Shown piece after piece: positions 11,477 through 24,386 of a stretch of 64,000 nucleotides of DNA. Below the pieces are notes generated by a model. It searched no databases. It had not been told where the DNA came from and worked only from the letters and a program-made list of their open reading frames with translations. The stretch covers positions 309,413-373,412 of the forward strand of contig ML992516.1 of the NCBI GenBank assembly GCA_010093995.1, given 5' to 3'. The position numbers and the translations under genes are program-made. Within the stretch, counting starts at the first letter, position 1. Each line of letters begins with the position of its first letter. This stretch comes from Elsinoe ampelina (lineage: Eukaryota).

Positions 11477-14400
11477 ATGGCCGGTCCTACGAGGGTCTAT
11501 GTCTTTGGTGACCAGACCTACGACATTGCCGATCTCCTGACGAAACTCCTTCACACCTACGATGATCCGGTATTATCGGATTTTGTAGAAAGGAGTACCT
11601 CTGCGCTCAAGCGTGAGGTTGCCAGGCTAGGTCGGGATCAGCAGCAGGAATGCCCTCCCTTCGCTACTCTTGTCGACCTCATTCCCAAGTGGCGGAGCAG
11701 TATCCTCAATCCAGCTTTATGTCAGGCTTTGACATGTATCTGCCAGCTTGCTGCATTTATCCGGTATGTATTGGTAGGGCAGAGAGACCCTACCTAGCTG
11801 ACTCGTTGCAGCGAACATGGTGCTCAAGGACGTCCTTACCCGACGCCGAAAGACTCATGTCTCACCGGGCTATGCACAGGATCATTATCAGCCGTAGCAG
11901 CCAGTTGCGCATCAAGTTCTTCAGACCTGTTGTCGCTCGGTGTACAGACCGTCAAGGTCGCGTTCCGCGTCGGCGCATCTGCATGGGACTTGGGTACCCG
12001 TCTCGCCAACAGCCGGGACGAAGCAGGCAGATACCAATCTTGGACTGCTGCGCTCGCTGGGATCAGTCTTGATGAAGCCACTGCTATCATCGAAGAATTC
12101 TCGAAAGGAAAGGTATGTTGCGATCGTCGACGTCAGATTAATTCCCAGCCCTTGCTGACTCAGCCCCCACAGTCTCTTGCCAAGACCACCTCCCCCTACA
12201 TCTCCGCCAGGATTGCTCCCTCCGCCGTCTCGGTGTCCGCTGCACCGGGGATTCTAAACACTCTGCTTTCGGAAACCCCGCTGGGCAAGAAGGTCGTCTC
12301 TCGCTTGACCATCACCGCTCCTTACCATGCCCCACATCTCTACACACCAGAGAATGTCGATGCCATCCTCGCCGACCTCAAGGCCACTGAGGGCTCAATA
12401 TCATGGCCGTCACTCTCTATTCCCATCATTTCCAGCATCACTGGCCAAAATATCCCCACCGCATCATTTCCCGATGCACTCAGAACGGTAGTCCATGACT
12501 GTCTTCGTGACCAGATCCGATGGGATCTCGCTCCTGCAGCCGTTGCTGCTTTTGTTCAACAGAGATCGTCTGATGGGGCCTTCTCGATCAATGCTATCGC
12601 CGCCAACGCGGACAGTCTCCGTCCAGCTGTACAAAAAGTCATGGGATCTTCCAATGGCGTTTCAAATTCCATCACCCCATCAAGCATCGACCAGCAGAGC
12701 GTCGGTGTCAGTGGCCCTGCTGCAAAGTCGAAACTTGCCATCATTGGCATGTCTGGACGATTCCCGAAGTCTCGCAGCATGGAAAGTTTCTGGAATGTCC
12801 TCGTAGATGGCGTTGACTGCCACGAGATTGTCCCAGCCTCTCGATGGTCGAGCCAGACACACGTCGATAACGTTGCTAACCCAGCTAAGAACGTCAGCGG
12901 AACTGGCTTTGGATGCTGGCTGCACGATGCTGCCGAATTTGACGCCCGTTTCTTCAACATGTCTCCACGCGAGGCACCTCAAGTTGACCCAGCACAAAGA
13001 ATGGCTCTCTTAACTGCCACTGAGGCCCTTGAGCAAGCTGGTATTGTACCCAACAGGACAGCTTCGACCGAGAAGACCCGTGTCGGCGTGTACTTTGGAT
13101 CCACCTCCAACGATTGGATGGAGACCAATTCTGCCCAGAACATTGACACATACTTCATTCCTGGTGGCAATCGTGCGTTTATCCCTGGACGCATCAATTA
13201 CCACTTCAAGTTCTCTGGCCCGTCTTACACCATCGACACTGCCTGCTCTTCGAGTCTTGCCGCACTCCACCTGGCTTGCAACGCTCTGTGGAAGAATGAA
13301 ATCGACATGGCCATCATTGGTGGAACCAACGTCTTGACTAACCCTGACATGGCAGTTGGCCTGGACCGCGGCCACTTCCTGTCCCGCACTGGCAACTGCA
13401 AGACATTCGATGAGGGTGCTGACGGCTACTGCCGCGGTGAAGCGGTGGCGACCGCCATCTTGAAGCGCCTTCCTGATGCCATTGCCGACAAGGACCCCGT
13501 GAAGGCCTGTATTCTTGCCATCGCAACCAACCATAACGCTGATGCAGAATCCATCACTCGTCCACACGTTGGTGCTCAGCGCGAGCTCTTTGAAAAGGTT
13601 CTTGGTCAAGCTGGTATCAATGCCGCAAATATTTCGTACTGTGAGCTTCACGGCACTGGCACTCAGGCTGGCGACGCTGGAGAGACCGCCTCAGTCATTA
13701 ATACACTCGCTCCCTTTGACGGACCATATGCCAGAAAGGAATCCCAGCCCCTCTACATTGGCGCGGCAAAAGCCAACATCGGTCACGGAGAGGCCGCTGC
13801 TGGTGTGACCAGTCTGGCGAAAGTGCTTCTCATGCTTGAGAACAACACCATTCCTCCTCACTGCGGCATCAAGACGAAGATCAACAGCAAGATCCCAGAA
13901 CTCAGCTCCCGCAACACCTTCATCGCCAACAAGCCAACTCCATGGCTGCGACCCAAGGGCGGTGTTCGCCAGGTCATGTTGAACAATTTCTCTGCCGCTG
14001 GTGGCAACACAGCCATGATTCTCGAGGATGCTCCGGAGATTACTTACCCTTCAGATCCTGACACCAGGAACCAGCACATCGTCACCATCTCTGCCAAGAC
14101 ACCATTGTCTCTGGAGAACAACCTCAAGAATATGATCGACTGGATCGGCACAACCAAAGCGGATGAGCTCACTCTTCCTCGTCTGTCGTACACGACCACT
14201 GCTCGTCGCATCCACCACAACCACAGGGTGGTAGCTGTAGGGTCAGATCTCGACCAGATTCGCAAGTCTCTTCAAGACTCACTCGAGAAGAAGGAGGGCT
14301 CAACGAGGCCAAAGTCTGCCCCCAGTTACGTATTCTCCTTCACCGGTCAAGGTGCTCAATTCAACGGAATGGGAGCAGACTACTATTCAAGGCTCAGCGA

Positions 14401-17400
14401 CTTCCGCGCCGACATTGATCGATACGATCAGATATGCCGGCAGCTGGAGCTTCCCTCCATCAAAGCTCTATTCCAGGATGCTGCAGCTTACCAGAGCGCC
14501 ACGCCAACCATGCTTCAACTCGCAGCTGTCTGCCTCCAAATGGCGCTCTTCCGCTTCTGGGTGTCAGTCGGTGTGAAGCCGGTGGCTGTCGTCGGTCACA
14601 GTCTTGGTGAATACTCCGCACTCTATGCAAGTGGCGTGCTCTCGCAGGCCGATGTCCTCAACCTGGTCGGTCGCAGAGCTGAGCTTCTTGAAGCCAACTG
14701 CGAAGAAGGGAGCCATGCTATGCTTGCTATCCGCTCCAGCGCTCTCGGTCTTTCTTCAATCTTGGGCGAGCCAGGCAAGGACTATGAGATCTCTTGCATC
14801 AATGGCAAGGAGAGTATCGTTCTTGGCGGCACTAAGGAGCAGATGCAGACCATTCGTCCTAAGCTTGGTCGCAGTCTCTCGCACACTTTCCTGGAGGTTC
14901 CGTACGCATACCACACTTCCCAAGTCGAGCCCATTCTTTCTTCGCTGAGCTCAATCTCGCGTGGTATCAAGTTCAACGATCCTATCATTCCTGTCATCTC
15001 GCCTGCCATTGGCAAGGTAATCCACAAGGCCGACGAGTTCCCCGAGGACTTTATCTCTCGACACTGCCGCGGTACAGTCAACATGTTCGACGCACTGAAC
15101 GTTGCCAAGGAAGAGGGTCTCCTTAATGACAAGATGTTCGGCATTGAGATTGGTCCCGCTCCTGTTGTGACCAAGATGGTCAAGGAGGTTGCCGGTATTG
15201 GATTCCAGACCTTTGCATCCATGCGACAAGGTGACGATTCCTGGAAGCACATCACTCTTGCTCTCTCGAAGTTCTACTCAGCTGGAGCCAACATTGACTT
15301 CAACGCCTTCCACAAGGACTTTGAATCTGCTCAGCAAGTCTTGCCCATTCCTGCATACAGCTGGGAATACAAGGACTACTGGATTCAATACGTCAACGAC
15401 TGGTCGCTCCGCAAGGGTGATCCCCCTCTTCGCATTGTGAGTGGCGGATTGGACAGCTCTTCAATTCAGAAGGTAGTCAAGGATGAGCTCAGTAAGGACG
15501 GCGGTGAGCTCATCATCGAGTCTGACCTTCTCAGACCAGACTTGCACCCCATGGTCAAGGGTCACCACGTATATGGCGTACCACTTTGCACGCCCTCTGT
15601 GTATGCCGATATCTCCTTGACGATCGGTAACCATATCAAGAACATCCTAGATACCAATGGTACTCTCGGTGTTGAGGTTGCAAAGATGACAATCCAGAGC
15701 GCTCTCGTCGCCAACGAAGAAGGCAGACCTCAGATTCTCAGAGCCATTGGCAAGATTAATCACAAGGAGAAGACCTGCCACATCACATTCCACAGTGTCA
15801 ACAAGGACGGCAAGGCGACCGAGCAACACTCCAACACTCTTGTCCGCTTGTACGATCTCGAGAAAGTCAAGAAGGCACATCTCGCCAAGGTTCCTGAAGT
15901 TCAGAACCGCATGAAGACGTTGCACGATCAGACCAAGAGCACTGGTAGTACTTTCAGATTCAGCAAGGCGATGATCTATAAGATGATTGGCAAGCTTGCC
16001 GACTTTGATCCTAACTACCGTGGACTGTCTGAGATTACTCTCGACAACGACAACATGGAGGCTACCGGTTTCGTCACCTTCAAGAATGTCTTGAATGACG
16101 GCAAGTTCAATACCAACCCAGCCTTCATCGATGCTCTGTCTCAGCTCGGTGGTTTCGTCATGAACGCCAACGAAGGAGTCGACCTGGAGAAAGAACTCTT
16201 TGTGAACCATGGATGGGAGAACTTCCAGCTTTTCGAGCCGATCTTGCCAACCATGAACTACACTTCTCACGTCAAGATGGCAGAAGGTGCTGATAAGCTC
16301 TGGTCTGGTGATGTTTTCATCTTTGACGAGGCGAACAAGTTAGTAGCTGTCTTCACTGGGGTTCAACTTCAGGGAGTGCCAAAGAGGCTCATGGAGATCA
16401 TTGTCAACGGCGCGAAGAAGAGGCTAAGCACTCTGCTTGGACCTGCTCCAGCTGGATCCGCACCCGTCAAAGCTGCCGCTCCGAGAGCAGCAGTCGCCGC
16501 TGCGCCCGCCCCCGCACCAAAGGTTGCTGCAACGCACACTCAAGCAAAGACTGTGACCAAGACTGTGGCCGTAGCTCCAAAGGCCGCCGGCGAGTCTCCC
16601 GCTGTCATCACTGCCATGAACATCATCTCGGAAGAATCTGGCATTGCACTTGCCGAGCTCACTGACGATTCTCGCTTCGACGACATCGGTGTGGACTCGC
16701 TGCTATCTCTCATGGTCAGCAGTCGTATCCGCGATGATCTCGGTATTGATCTCGACTCGGCCGTATTCATGGAGGTCAGCACGGTCGGCAATTTCAAGAC
16801 TCACCTGCGTGGGCTCAGCGGCCACGTCGAGACAGAAGTCGTCACAGAGACCATCGTAGAAGAGGTCGCTGTGCCAGTCGTGGCGCCACTGGCCATCTCG
16901 GTACCGGCACCCGGACCCGTCGCTGTATCGGCTGCCGAATCTGCGAACAGTGAGGCCTGGACCAACGTACTCACTATCATCAGTGAGGAGAGTGGTCTGG
17001 GTCTTGGTGACCTTACACCTGACACCTGCTTCAACGACATCGGCATCGACTCTCTGCTGTCTCTAGTCATCTGCAGTCGCCTGCGTGACGAGCTTGAGAT
17101 TGACATTCCGGACCGTGCTCTGTTTATGGACTACACCACTGTTGAGGCACTTCGTCAACACATCGTCGGTGGTGTCTCACCTTCCGAGTCTGACGTGTCA
17201 ACTCCAGAAAGCGAGGGCTCTCCAGCGCTATCTCCTTCCTCGTCCGTTTCTGACATGAGGGATCTCACCCCGATCACGCCCGCCACAGAATGGTCTGATG
17301 ATGAGTCGCACACCAAGGAAGGCTTCTTCGATCGTAAGCCTGGCTTGAAGAAGTCTGTGTCCTTTGAAGTCATCGAGCCAGCCCCGCCAGCCAAGCCAGC

Positions 17401-18271
17401 ATGGTCAATTGTTCTCCAAGGCAGTCCCAAGAGGTGTCCCAACAAGTTCTTCCTCTTCCCCGACGGATGTGGTGCAGCTACCTCTTATGTCAAGATCCCC
17501 AAGGTAGCTGACGACACTGCCGTGGTTGGTTTCAACTCACCATACATGAAGTGAGTACATACATATACCGTCTTCTTCTGTCATTGTGCTGACTGTCTAA
17601 GGAACCCATGGGAGATGAACAATCACACCCTGTCCGAGGTACTTGCCTCCTACGTTGCCGGTGTCCGTAAGCATCAGGAACATGGCCCATACCACCTCGG
17701 TGGTTGGTCGGCAGGTGGCATCCTCGCCTATGCCGCTGCACAAGAACTGATGGCCGAGGGTGAAGAAATCGCCTCGTTGACCCTCATCGACTCTCCAGCG
17801 CCTGCAGACGGACTCGACCGTCTCCCCAAGCGCTTCTTCGATCACTGCACTAGCGTCGGAATTTTCGGTTCCGAAGTCATCGGAGACGGCAACGGTGCTC
17901 CTCCCAAGGTACCTGAGTGGTTAATGCCCCACTTCGAGGCCACCATTGAGCTTCTCCACGACTACAAGGCTCCTGTCTGGCCAAAGGACCAACAAATGCC
18001 AGACGTCAACCTCATCTGGGCTGGCGAGTGTGCCTTTGACGGTGTCAAGTACGCTCACCTGCCCGGCGCCACGGCCGACGACGAAGATACGGAAGGCATG
18101 AAGTTCCTGACTGAGAAGCGGACGGATCTTGGGCCCGGAAGATGGCAGGAGCTCTTCCCGGGCAAGAAGCTGAATTGCGAGGTTGCCGAGGGTGAGCATC
18201 ATTTCAGTATGATGCGGGGCAAGGGGGCGGAGCAGTTGAGGGACTTTATCAAGAGGAGCATCAAAGTATGA
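11477..18271 (+). CDS. CTB1: Non-reducing iterative PKS (SAT-KS-AT-PT-ACP-ACP-TE), CTB1/ElcA-like nor-toralactone synthase
   Basis: [14 protein letters not shown] start; SAT GLCTG; KS DTACSSS and HGTGT; AT GHSLG; two ACPs GVDSLLS and GIDSLLS; TE GWSAG; introns 11764-11811, 12113-12172, 17551-17601. Confidence 0.93.
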
Positions 18272-20032
18272 GGATGATGGTAGATTGGGATGTTAGATGG
18301 CGGTGCCTTCTAGATTGTACATGCTTTACGTTTGATGCTTGATCTTGTTTGGATAGTGCGGCGTTCTGAGCGGCAATGATGTATTTATTATTACACTTTT
18401 TACGATCGTTTCTACTCTATACTGTGGGATGCACTTGCTTGTCCAGTTGCTTGTCCAGATGCTCTTGCTTGTCCCGTTACTCGTTGTTGCCTGTAATGGG
18501 CTCCGAACTGGGGCCGAGGCTACAATTTCTCCAGCCATCCTCAAGTAACGGCACACAAACCTCGTTAGGCCGTCCATCAGATCGACAAGATCGAATACCA
18601 TTTTGCCTCGACTTGTAGGCCGGTGGAAGCTATAGCGAGGACTTGGGGCAACGGTTACCTTATGGCTTAAACACCACGTCAGTGCCAAGTTCAATATTAC
18701 CATCCTCGTTGGACGTGTCATGGCGTTCACATGGTCTATAGAAGGAGACCTCGATTCACCTTCTACTCACTACGCGAGAGGTAGTGAAAGATATGGCAAG
18801 GCGGTGCGATGTCGAGCACAAAAGCGAAATTGCTGAATGGTAGTGATAATCGGCCGCAGTAGAGTTCTTGATCAAGACATGGCTTGCGTTAGTCGTGGCA
18901 CGGAGCTGCGCAAGTTCCGCTCACTATGCTGGTGCCAGGTCGACCTGCCTCGAGCAACAACGATCAACGTCGAAATCGGCTTCGAGAGAACGGTGTCAAC
19001 GACCTCGCAACATCCGAACACCTGGCCAAGCCTTGCTCTCGCTTGATAATCCTGGCATCACAGCTTTGGTTCTGGAACAATCGTCTGCTCCTGACGCGAA
19101 TCATCGTTGAGTACACCAGACACGCCGTAAGTACACCGAGCTCGACCCCTTGTGGCAAGCCGTGACGGCAAAAGCAGTAGACTATAACAGCCACGCAGAA
19201 CATGACTACGGGGACCCACTTGCCACAGCCAGAATTCCAGACAATTGCTGAAGTCGTAGTCGTGGGATCATATGTTTGATCACCACGAACCAGCCGTTTC
19301 TGTCGGCAGGTTCCAAGAGACCATCGGAATGTCCGAAGGCAAGCCCTGGAAAACTTCCCGCAACTTGGCGGGGGTTGCTATTGGACATTCACTACTGTCC
19401 CAGATATTCAACCGGCTAATCCTCCGCCAAGTTCGTTCAGGGGAGGCAGCCACACACATGCATTTGTCTGTGCAAAAGGATCAGAAACAAGCTACCGCTG
19501 CTGCACGCCAGCATGTCTCACGTGGCGCCTGTCTCTTTAGACGAGATGTCCGTGATGCGATGGACTTTGCGAACGTGTTGTGCGACTCACATCGAAGCAG
19601 CAGCTGCAACCGTTAACCATATCGAGTGTAACGGCTCCACGAACGATACATAACGTGGTTCAATCTGATCTCGGAGAGGATGGCGCTACTGAGAAGGAGA
19701 CCAGGAGGGATCGGTCCCTCTGCTATAAGGAAATCTGGTAAACCATCGCTAGTGGGCACCGAGCTTTTGGTATTCCTCCTTCATCCTGCAACTTGAATTC
19801 CCCTCTGCCGGATCGTCTCTTTTCTCCCGGCTCTCGAGAAACGATAGACGAAAGTCTATACTGTCGGTGGTAGATAATAAGACTTTCTGGATCTGAGGTC
19901 TTAAACTCTGCTCGCGTGGTACTTTCTGCTGCCGTTGGATCTCGAAGCTTTTACTTTTGTATAACATAGGGCAAGAGTGGGAAAAGGCAGCAGTCAACAC
20001 ACAAGCATCATACTCGGCATCAGTGGGACAGT

Positions 20033-21372
20033 ATGGTGCGGCCGGAAGCATATGGAGGTCGGGGACCTACTCTCATGGTGGTCGGATACGTAGAATGCCT
20101 CATCGGTATAGTACTTTGCCTACTGCGACTGTATGGTGCGAGTCAGAAAGCAGGTCAGAATTTCTACTGCCAGCGTATATTCCAGCAAGATGCTTACACG
20201 GTCCAGGACACATCCGAGCAGACTTTGCCTGGATCGCTGCTGCTACACTCTTCGGAATCGCTTCCCACGCTTGCTTCACAGTCTCGATTCTGAATGGTAT
20301 GGGCAACCACGTAGACGAGCTCACATTTGGGGAGATCTTCCAGTCGTTGCACTGGAACTGGATATCCATCTTTGTCGGTATTGTCGCGGTGACCTTTGCC
20401 AAGTTCGCCATCATCGCTTTGATCTTGGAGGTGCAAGGACCGAATGCAAAGAAGCGGCGGTATTTTCTCTGGGGTCTGGGTGCTTGGATTGCAGGGACGG
20501 GTGTCATTCAGATCTGCCTGTCCCTCACGCAGTGTAAGCCTATTGACAAGCTCTGGAATCCGACATTAGATGGAGAATGTCCTACGCAGCTGGTCGCTGC
20601 CAGATGGTCGTACTTCCAGGGAGGTCAGTAATATCATTCCAAGCTTCGAGACCACTCTCTGACTCTCGTCACAGCAATCGCAGTCGTATCTGACTTCACC
20701 CTCGCGTTCTGGCCAATTTCCATCGTCTGGAACCTCCAGACCACCTTCAAAGTCAAGCTCGGCTTCTGCGCACTTATGGCAGGTGGTGTCCTCCCAGCCA
20801 TCGCCAGCATTGTACGGACCATCCTCCTCCCCACGCTCATCGACTCGACAGACATCACCTGTAAGCTCTCCCCTTGCCCTTTACGCACCACCCACTAACC
20901 CACTCCAGACGACTTTGGCGTCTTCATGGTCTGGTCTGCCACCGAGCTCTGGGCCGTCATCATCCTCGGGTCCATCCCTCCTCTCCGGCCTCTCTTCCTT
21001 CGCTTGTTCTCCAAAGTCTCCCAGACGGTCACCAGCAAAACCCGCTCCGCAATGGGCCACTACGGCCGCGGCACCAACGCCGGCACGGCCAATGGTACCC
21101 AACACGGGACGCACAACGGCGCCGCTGTCCCTTTACGCGCTGTCAGCAGGGGCCGGGGCCAGGGTCAAGACGTGGACAAGAAGCAGGTACACACGAGCGC
21201 AAAGCAGGTGGGCATTGGAAGGAGTCTTCGTGGTGGGTCCGGGTCGGAGGAGGCGTTGGCGAGAGATGGGGCTGGGCAGGGGATCTATGTCAGTCATGAG
21301 TACGCGATTGAGACGGGGAAGAGCAAGAGTCAGGATGGGGAAAGCTGGTTTGAGGGAGGAGACTCGATATGA
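20033..21372 (+). CDS. Fungal rhodopsin-domain (PTH11/Sat4-like) integral membrane protein
   Basis: Introns 20154-20206, 20624-20674, 20861-20908; about 7 hydrophobic segments with LRLY, GMGNH, QCKPIDKLWNP, SDFTLAFWP, GSIPPLRPLF motifs. Confidence 0.85.
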
Positions 21373-22253
21373 GGGACTGTAGAGGGAAGAAAGGTCACGG
21401 CCGTGGGTTGGGGATTTGTTTTAGCGGGTGGCGCGGGGGCATCCGATACCTTTTGTTTTTGGGGAGGGGTTTTGGTCTGAATGTATAGTCTTGACAAGTC
21501 ATTGATGGTCTGCTGCGTGATGCTAGTAGGAGCTGACCGCGAGGTGAACAGTAAAGGTCGTGATTGGCAATGGCTTTCGTGGCAAGGCAAGCCCGGAAAA
21601 GATCAATCTCCTCAACTCTGTCTTTCGACGCAACTTGTCCCTCGATCCCATCGACAAGTAAAGCAGCGTGAAATTCGGAACATCGAAAGAGACCACGGCA
21701 TCAATTCTGATCCCCCATAGATCCTCAGGTCCGTTTTGACTACGGCTCCGGAACTGCATTCCTGCCGACTTCAAATTTCGAGACTTTTTGTCCACAAATC
21801 TAGCCTCGTTCTATTTTCTCCTCGTTGGGAGCTTGCCATCCTCCAACCACAAATCAACATCAAGACCACTAAGCAGGATGGTCTTCATCTCTGAGCAAAT
21901 CCGCTTCTATGAACCCTTGCGTTCACGACCCGATCCCAGGAAACTGGATGTCTTTGTACCTTCACGGTGTGATCTGTCTTCTCCCGTGTCTGGAGGCCTG
22001 ACTTCCATTCGCCAATTTTGTCGGAGATGGATAGTCTTGCATATCGCTACCAGTATGCCATGATCCTGACATGTAAGGCCTTGCTGTCTTGTCACTGAAT
22101 CACAACGTCGACGGCATTGGCGTGGTCGTGCTAGAAGATATATGAAGTTGGACACGGCACGTAGGCATGATGCTCAGACAACATCCAACACCATATCACA
22201 CACAAGCTATACCCAAGAAGAGAAGGGCTTGCGAAGTCACTGATGCTGCAAAC

Positions 22254-23315
22254 ATGAAGACTCAAACAGTCTCCGCCTTCTTTGTGGCGTGCTTACTCTC
22301 AGGCGCAATCGCGGCACCCACAAAGCCTTCGAAGCCGGGTGCAACACCTTCATCACAGCAGTCTTCCTCCACAACCGGCCAGCAAGGCAACCCTTCTGCA
22401 CAAGTACCCCCTGTGAATCAGCAGGCTGGCGGTATCTTCGATGATCCCAAGCCGAAGCCCCAGATCAAGCCTGGCGATGAACAGCCAAAGCTATCCCCCA
22501 ACGATCCAAAGCTCCCACAAGGCGACGAGTCTGTCAAGGTTCCGAAAGAAGACCCGAAGAACAATCCATCTTTGACTGCACAACAACCGAACGTAGATAA
22601 CATAGCAACCTACCGACCACCCGAGCAGAATCCAGACGGTCAGCCAGGAGTTGCCCCACACACCATCAACGATGATCCCAAGACTCATCAACCACCCAAG
22701 GACGGCAAGCCCGTTCCCGACCAAGTAGGAACGAACCAACAAATCAATCCTAATCCAGCAGAGGCAGCCGCCCCGAGCAACTACGACGTCAAGTCCACTT
22801 TCGGCGGCGCATCCGAGAACAAGCTCTCCGGCACCGGCTCCCAAGCGGTCGACACCACAGGCAGCGCCATCGGCTTCTCCAAACCCGACGGCATGGCCGC
22901 CACAGGAGCGGGTGGACTCGCGCTGAAAACCGTAGAAAACCACGAGATCAAGAACGCGGGCAACACGGTCCGTCTCCTTCTCCCCCTCCATCTCCCTCTC
23001 GCCCCTTCGTTGCCATCCACTAACCCATCACAGGGCCTCAACCAGCTCGAGCAGGCCAAAGAGGACGGCACGCGAGGCGGCGAGAAAACCCAGACGGGCA
23101 CGCAGGTCAAAGACCCGATGCAGCCTGCTAGTATGCAGCAGGGCGAGCAAGGGGGGTTTGCGCTGCCGTCGGAGCAGGAGAAGAAGGATGCGAGGGAGCA
23201 GGTGGCGAAGGAGACGAAGTTGGACACGAGTGGTGGAGCGGTGGGGGATGATGATGCTGCTTCGGTGGGGCAGCCGAGGACGCCGGGGGGTTCGCCGCCG
23301 GACTCGCCGGAGTAG
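22254..23315 (+). CDS. Secreted Pro/Gln-rich hypothetical protein
   Basis: Signal peptide MKTQTVSAFFVACLLSGAIA|AP; in-frame 66-nt intron 22968-23033 (GTCCGT..CTAAC..CAG); low-complexity mature region. Confidence 0.75.
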   Translation: MKTQTVSAFFVACLLSGAIAAPTKPSKPGATPSSQQSSSTTGQQGNPSAQVPPVNQQAGGIFDDPKPKPQIKPGDEQPKLSPNDPKLPQGDESVKVPKEDPKNNPSLTAQQPNVDNIATYRPPEQNPDGQPGVAPHTINDDPKTHQPPKDGKPVPDQVGTNQQINPNPAEAAAPSNYDVKSTFGGASENKLSGTGSQAVDTTGSAIGFSKPDGMAATGAGGLALKTVENHEIKNAGNTVRLLLPLHLPLAPSLPSTNPSQGLNQLEQAKEDGTRGGEKTQTGTQVKDPMQPASMQQGEQGGFALPSEQEKKDAREQVAKETKLDTSGGAVGDDDAASVGQPRTPGGSPPDSPE

Positions 23316-24386
23316 AGAGGTGGTAGAGGGAGGGGAGGGCGAGCGGGTGGTGTCCGGTGGTTGAGGTTGGAGTTGTCTTGCTTCTGTTTCTTATGGATGC
23401 TGCTTTGTCATTGGGGTTGGGAGTTGATTGTAGAGTGCGTAGAATCATAGAACATAGAACATAGAGAATTGGGATGTGATTCTGAAGGAGAAAGACATTT
23501 TACTTATGAAGTATATTGAGGGAGATGATGCAAACAGATGTGGTGGTGGCTTTTGTTTAGCAAGTGCTAAAGTTCTCCTTGCTTCGTCACCAAAATTTCC
23601 TGCCATGATTCTTTTGCATACATTTATCGACCACCACTCACCATCTGATCTCGTTATACGCAGAGTATGCACCCTCGCAACGTCAAATCTTACGCATCGA
23701 GACAGCCTAGCCCGGATGCAGTCGATGACAGCTGCGCAGAGCCATTGAGGCTGATGCCATGAATTATTCAATCCGGGAGTGACCCGACTCCAGCTGGTTC
23801 TATCGTGTAAGATGCCCAAGATCTCAGAGATTGAGACTTTTGATGGTCCAGCTACTTGGTCGCTGGGTTGGATCGCGAGTCTCTCCGACCGCATAGCATT
23901 GAAGCTCATCTCGGACTTTGGATTGGCGCTTCACAAGACGTGCACGACGGACGAAGAGTGACTCCGGAATGCACAACGCCTTCCTCACCAGGAGATGTGT
24001 CATCAAGGGCTGCAAGCAGGGAGAAAACCCACACGGACAAGCCCCATGTCTCCGGCTGCTGCACCGGGTGTGCCCTGATTTGGCCCCTCTCTTTCACGCT
24101 GGATGCGGCTCTGAGACACGCGGTGTGATCGGTCCCCGCATGTTCCTGCTGGATTGGCTCAGGTCTGCGGAGGAGAAGGAGGGGCATTTTCTCCAACTGC
24201 CTCTTCTTCTCCACAGCCAACGGGCGGTGCCACCACTTTCGAAGGTCTGGGTCAGGAGGGGTCCAATGGCAGGTGAGCAGAGAGATGAGGTTCTGAATAA
24301 AGCTCCGTCATGAGTTTTCTTCTCGTCTTCGTATCTCATACTGTAGTGCTACTCTAAGCAGACTCTTGACATATTCTCTGCTAATT

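Larger units (their letters stand above)
1..18271. other. Perylenequinone-type (cercosporin/elsinochrome-like) biosynthetic gene cluster, partial; continues left of window
   Basis: Co-located CTB1-like NR-PKS, divergent CTB3-like OMT-FMO fusion, CTB7-like monooxygenase, CTB2-like OMT and MFS exporter. Confidence 0.9.

Noticed and set aside
17551..17601. Apparent split of the PKS and a separate thioesterase ORF
   Set aside because: A canonical GTGAGT..CTGAC..AAG intron joins them in frame (MK|NPWEM)
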